From Centroscyllium fabricii (taxonomy: Eukaryota), in NCBI GenBank assembly GCA_051313645.2, contig JBNRSN020000005.1, positions 264,988,001 through 265,052,000 of the forward strand: a DNA stretch of 64,000 bases, in the 5' to 3' direction. A model generated the notes under the pieces. That model had not been told where the DNA came from. It saw only the letters and a list, made by a program, of their open reading frames with translations, and did no database searches. The position numbers and the translations under genes are program-made. Positions 60,554 to 64,000 of the stretch are shown here, one piece after another (position 1 is the stretch's first letter; each line of letters starts with the position of its first letter).

Positions 60554-62304
60554 GTATGTGTTTGTCAAGCTTCATCCAGTAAAGATTATTTAACAAACTG
60601 TTAGAAATATTGTCATGTTGTGTATCTGAACTCCTTGCATCATAAAAAAATCTTGGATGTATATGAAAAAAAAACTTGAACCTGTCCTTTTTGTGGGTAT
60701 TCTGTTCAAAGGCTGTGGGTCTATCCCACAGTAGTGATGTGCTACCAAAAATGTGTAATTCTGAGAATTAATTCTACAGAAAGGAGTAGCTGATCATCTG
60801 TAGTACAACCTCCAGTACAAAATGGAAAGTGCAGGAGTTCAACCATAGCTCTGCCACGCGTTTGATCACTTGTCTCCAATCCTTCAGTTCAGGATCTTTT
60901 TAAAAAGTAATTGTTTTGTTTAAATCTTCAGGGAAATTGTTTCCCTGTTCTCTTTTAACATGCAGCAAGATCTTTACAAATATTATGATAAAGTTTATCA
61001 TGAATGTGGAGTGCCCTCAGTTCCCAGGTCCAGGGAGGAGGACATGGGCAAGGAGACTTGTTGCCTCCGGTTCGTGCCTCCGCTACATCACCCTGGGATT
61101 TCTGGGCTTTCGCAAAATAACCTGCGACAGGCGCACTAAGGATGCTAATCAGGCAGGAAGAGGTGTTTGCAGGGTGTCCTGCAGCATCTTAAAGATAAAA
61201 GGAGACCAAATGGAACTAACTTTCTGATCCCCAGTGCAATCTTTGGGCCTTCTGGCTGCTGCTGCTCGAATAGGCCCAGATGCTGGTGACCAGGCTCTTG
61301 GGTGTAGAATTATGCTCCTGTTCCCCAGTGTAAGGTGCAGCGAAGGGCAGACCTGTGCCATGCAAATAGCCTAAGCCAGGAAAGTTGAGCAGACATTTGC
61401 ACGGTGCAGAAGGTACCTTGTGACTCTGACACCTGGGCGAGAAGTCGCTCCTCATGTTTTAGGTTTTGAATATCTAGGCTCAAGTGTCATTGTTCCAACT
61501 CACTCTAAGTTGTTGCATTTCTCTGGGGTCCAATGCAAATGCAGTACTACTGTAAATTTCAGTTTGTGCTCTCGCTCTCAATTCTAGGCAATTGTGTGGC
61601 AGTATTTAAGTTTCATTTTGCTAGGTGCATTTATAACATAGGATTACACTCAAACTTTCACATTTTCCTGTTTAAAAAAAAAAAAAAAAAAAGTTTAAAA
61701 AAATTTGCTGCATCAAAAAGTAGTTGGCAAAAGAGGAGTTAAATGCCTTGAACTCTGTTATTGAAGGCTGACCTGCAGATGACCTAAACAATAACTTCTG
61801 GAACTGGGTTGAAAGCTTGTACAGGAAATAGTCATGTTCAGCAAGTACCTGCTGTACAGATAAGGGTGATTAAGCGCTGTAGATAATGCCAGAGCCCAAA
61901 GATGTTGGCTCCTCAATGTCCAATGAGATGGAAGCAACCATAAATATCAACAGGTAGAAATTCTAGCCTACCCTGGTCGTACAAAGTTGCAGTGTTTAGT
62001 GGGCTGCAGCCCATCTGTACAGAATAGTTAGTTAGAAGTCACGAACTTCCTCCAAGTATTTGACAGTATATGCTGGAGGCCAACCTTTACTAACCAGCTG
62101 CACATCTTTTGTTATAAGTAGTTTGGGATATTTTTGAGGGAAGGCTGTATTGTGAGGAGAAATGCTGCGCAGATTGATAGCAATTGCAAATTCTCATCCT
62201 TTTCCCCTTCAGTTCATCTAACTTTCTCCTCGCCTGTCCTGAAGGTGTTAACTCATACATATCAACTGTTTGTCTTTCATCAAATGATCAGCGTTTGCGG
62301 GCAG

Positions 62305-62589
62305 TGTGATGAACCATTTGGTGTGGTTCACACTGTGCTATTATTGTATATAGTTGGGTTAATATATCTGTACCTTTCTGGATTATTGTATATAGTTTGT
62401 GTTAATAAATCTGTACCTTTCTGTAAGGACCTGGACCGGCTGACCCTGCCTCTGGGTATGAGTATAAAGGAGAATGCTCTGCCCACCTGGCTCTCATTCC
62501 GGGCGGACTCATCGCAGACTAGGTTCAGTTCTTTGTGAATAAAAGCCTTTCGTTAGAACAAGCTGTCTGCTCTGATTTGAGGCACTTCA
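62305..62589 (+). mobile_element. Solo LTR
   Basis: TG...CA, 5-bp TSD GGCAG, TATAAA and AATAAAAGCCT. Confidence 0.85.
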
Positions 62590-63678
62590 GGCAGTATCTG
62601 CTTGTTTGTGTTGGCAGACGACTAAAGAAAGGCCCCAGTAGCACATCCGGCTCCCACCTACTGTTCCTCCAGGATTGAATGTCACCGCACGCTGTGGGTG
62701 GGAGTTCCAGTCTGTGGTGAGGGAAGGGTGCCTCTTGTCATTATAGTAACTCTATAAACCAATTCAGGAAAATCCTTGCATTTTTCTCAATCTTGCACAA
62801 CATAAGTGGAGTGTTGCATACACCAGCTGAAGTTATGACGAGCCTGTGCCTCGCTACACTCGAAAGAAACGTCGCAGAATTATGCTCAGGACTGTGTTTG
62901 AACGGTCAGTTTTGGGGTTTTCCAGGTTGTCATGTGTGGTATCTGGCCTAAGTGACCATTCTTCATGTGAGCTGGGACAGTGAATTGTCAGCAAGCCTTT
63001 TAACTGCTGAGGCGAGGGGGATATCCCAGCCAAGCATGACCCTGTCCTCACTCGACTTCTGCACAAAGGCACCTGGTAACACGAGTCACTGGATAGCAAT
63101 CAGGACCAAGAGCCTTGGGGGTTTTTTGTTCTCCCTTGCCCTGCACGCTTCCTAGTCCAGAGTTGCGGAGACCAATTGTTGTGCTTCAACTGCAATCGGC
63201 AGCCTTCAATGAGGAGGGGCAGTGAATGAAGGGGATGAAGGGGTGTGGCATTGTATAAAACATTAGCAATAAGCTCTAGACAATTGCAGGCATCAATTAA
63301 TATAGTTGTAAATCATTCAAAATTGCTCTTGTTTTGAAATATGAATCGATTCAATTGTCTAACTGTTCATTTTGATTCCAGTTATTCTATTGCATGAGTT
63401 CCACTAGCACTTTTGCTTTTAATGGAATATGACGACCTTCAGCTTTTCTGTTGGCTTCTCACCAATAGGGGTGATTCTTCAATCGAGCACTCTGGGAGCA
63501 TGCAGCTTGGGAAGCAGCGGAGATACGGGTTGTGATTTTCCAATCTATTAATTACAATTATCACAGGCTGTGCCTCTTCCCCGGTTTCCCAAGCTTCGGC
63601 GTACTGGACTGCACTGCACAATCTCCCCTAAAGTATTTTTGCTTTCTCAGGTTTTTACCTATCACTTTATTTTTGCAG

Positions 63679-63860
63679 ATCCATACGCTCATGTTTCATT
63701 TCTTCATCAAAGCAAGACAACCGAAGTCAAAAAATCCACTCTGAACCCAACCTGGGACCAGACCCTGATTTTCAATGATATTGATATCTACGGCAGCCCT
63801 GAAAACATCATTAAAAATCCACCGAATGTGATGATTGAGATATATGATGAAGACCAAGTT
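63679..63860 (+). CDS. MYOF: Ferlin exon (C2D) [32 protein letters not shown]...IEIYDEDQV
   Basis: tgcag|...GTT|gtatgt; 182 nt, phase 1 to 0; C2 motif TLNPTWDQ. Confidence 0.95.
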
Positions 63861-63964
63861 GTATGTGTTGCTTTAATTTTGGTTTTGTTGTGTTTTGTGT
63901 TTTTTGCCTGTCAGTAGAGGAAAAGAGGGAAGATATTAAATTTGTTAACTTGTTGTTTGCCCAG

Positions 63965-64000
63965 GGAAAAGATGAATTTCTGGGCAGATGTATCTGTCCT
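63965..64000 (+). CDS. MYOF: Ferlin exon start GKDEFLGRCICP (runs off window)
   Basis: cccag| acceptor, phase 0; C2D motif DEFLGR. Confidence 0.9.

Overview
Vertebrate genomic DNA, most likely a shark or other elasmobranch given the HE1/V-SINE, CR1 and Penelope repeat landscape. The + strand carries the middle part of a myoferlin-like type-I ferlin gene (MYOF, or its paralogue FER1L5). I resolve 18 well-supported GT-AG exons with consistent phases plus one candidate 39-nt cassette micro-exon, spanning the end of C2C through FerA/FerB and DysF into C2D. The introns are dense with nested transposons. These include two CsRn1-clade-like Ty3/gypsy elements (CHCC gag, tRNA-Trp PBS, ATAT flanks) and a full-length gypsy element whose PBS position is complementary to its own LTR rather than to a tRNA. 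There are also several solo LTRs, CR1 LINEs, Penelope fragments with minimal hammerhead-ribozyme motifs, TA-flanked Tigger/pogo-like MITEs, Harbinger-like elements and tRNA-derived SINEs. All assignments come from reading the sequence and recalled family motifs; no database search was run.
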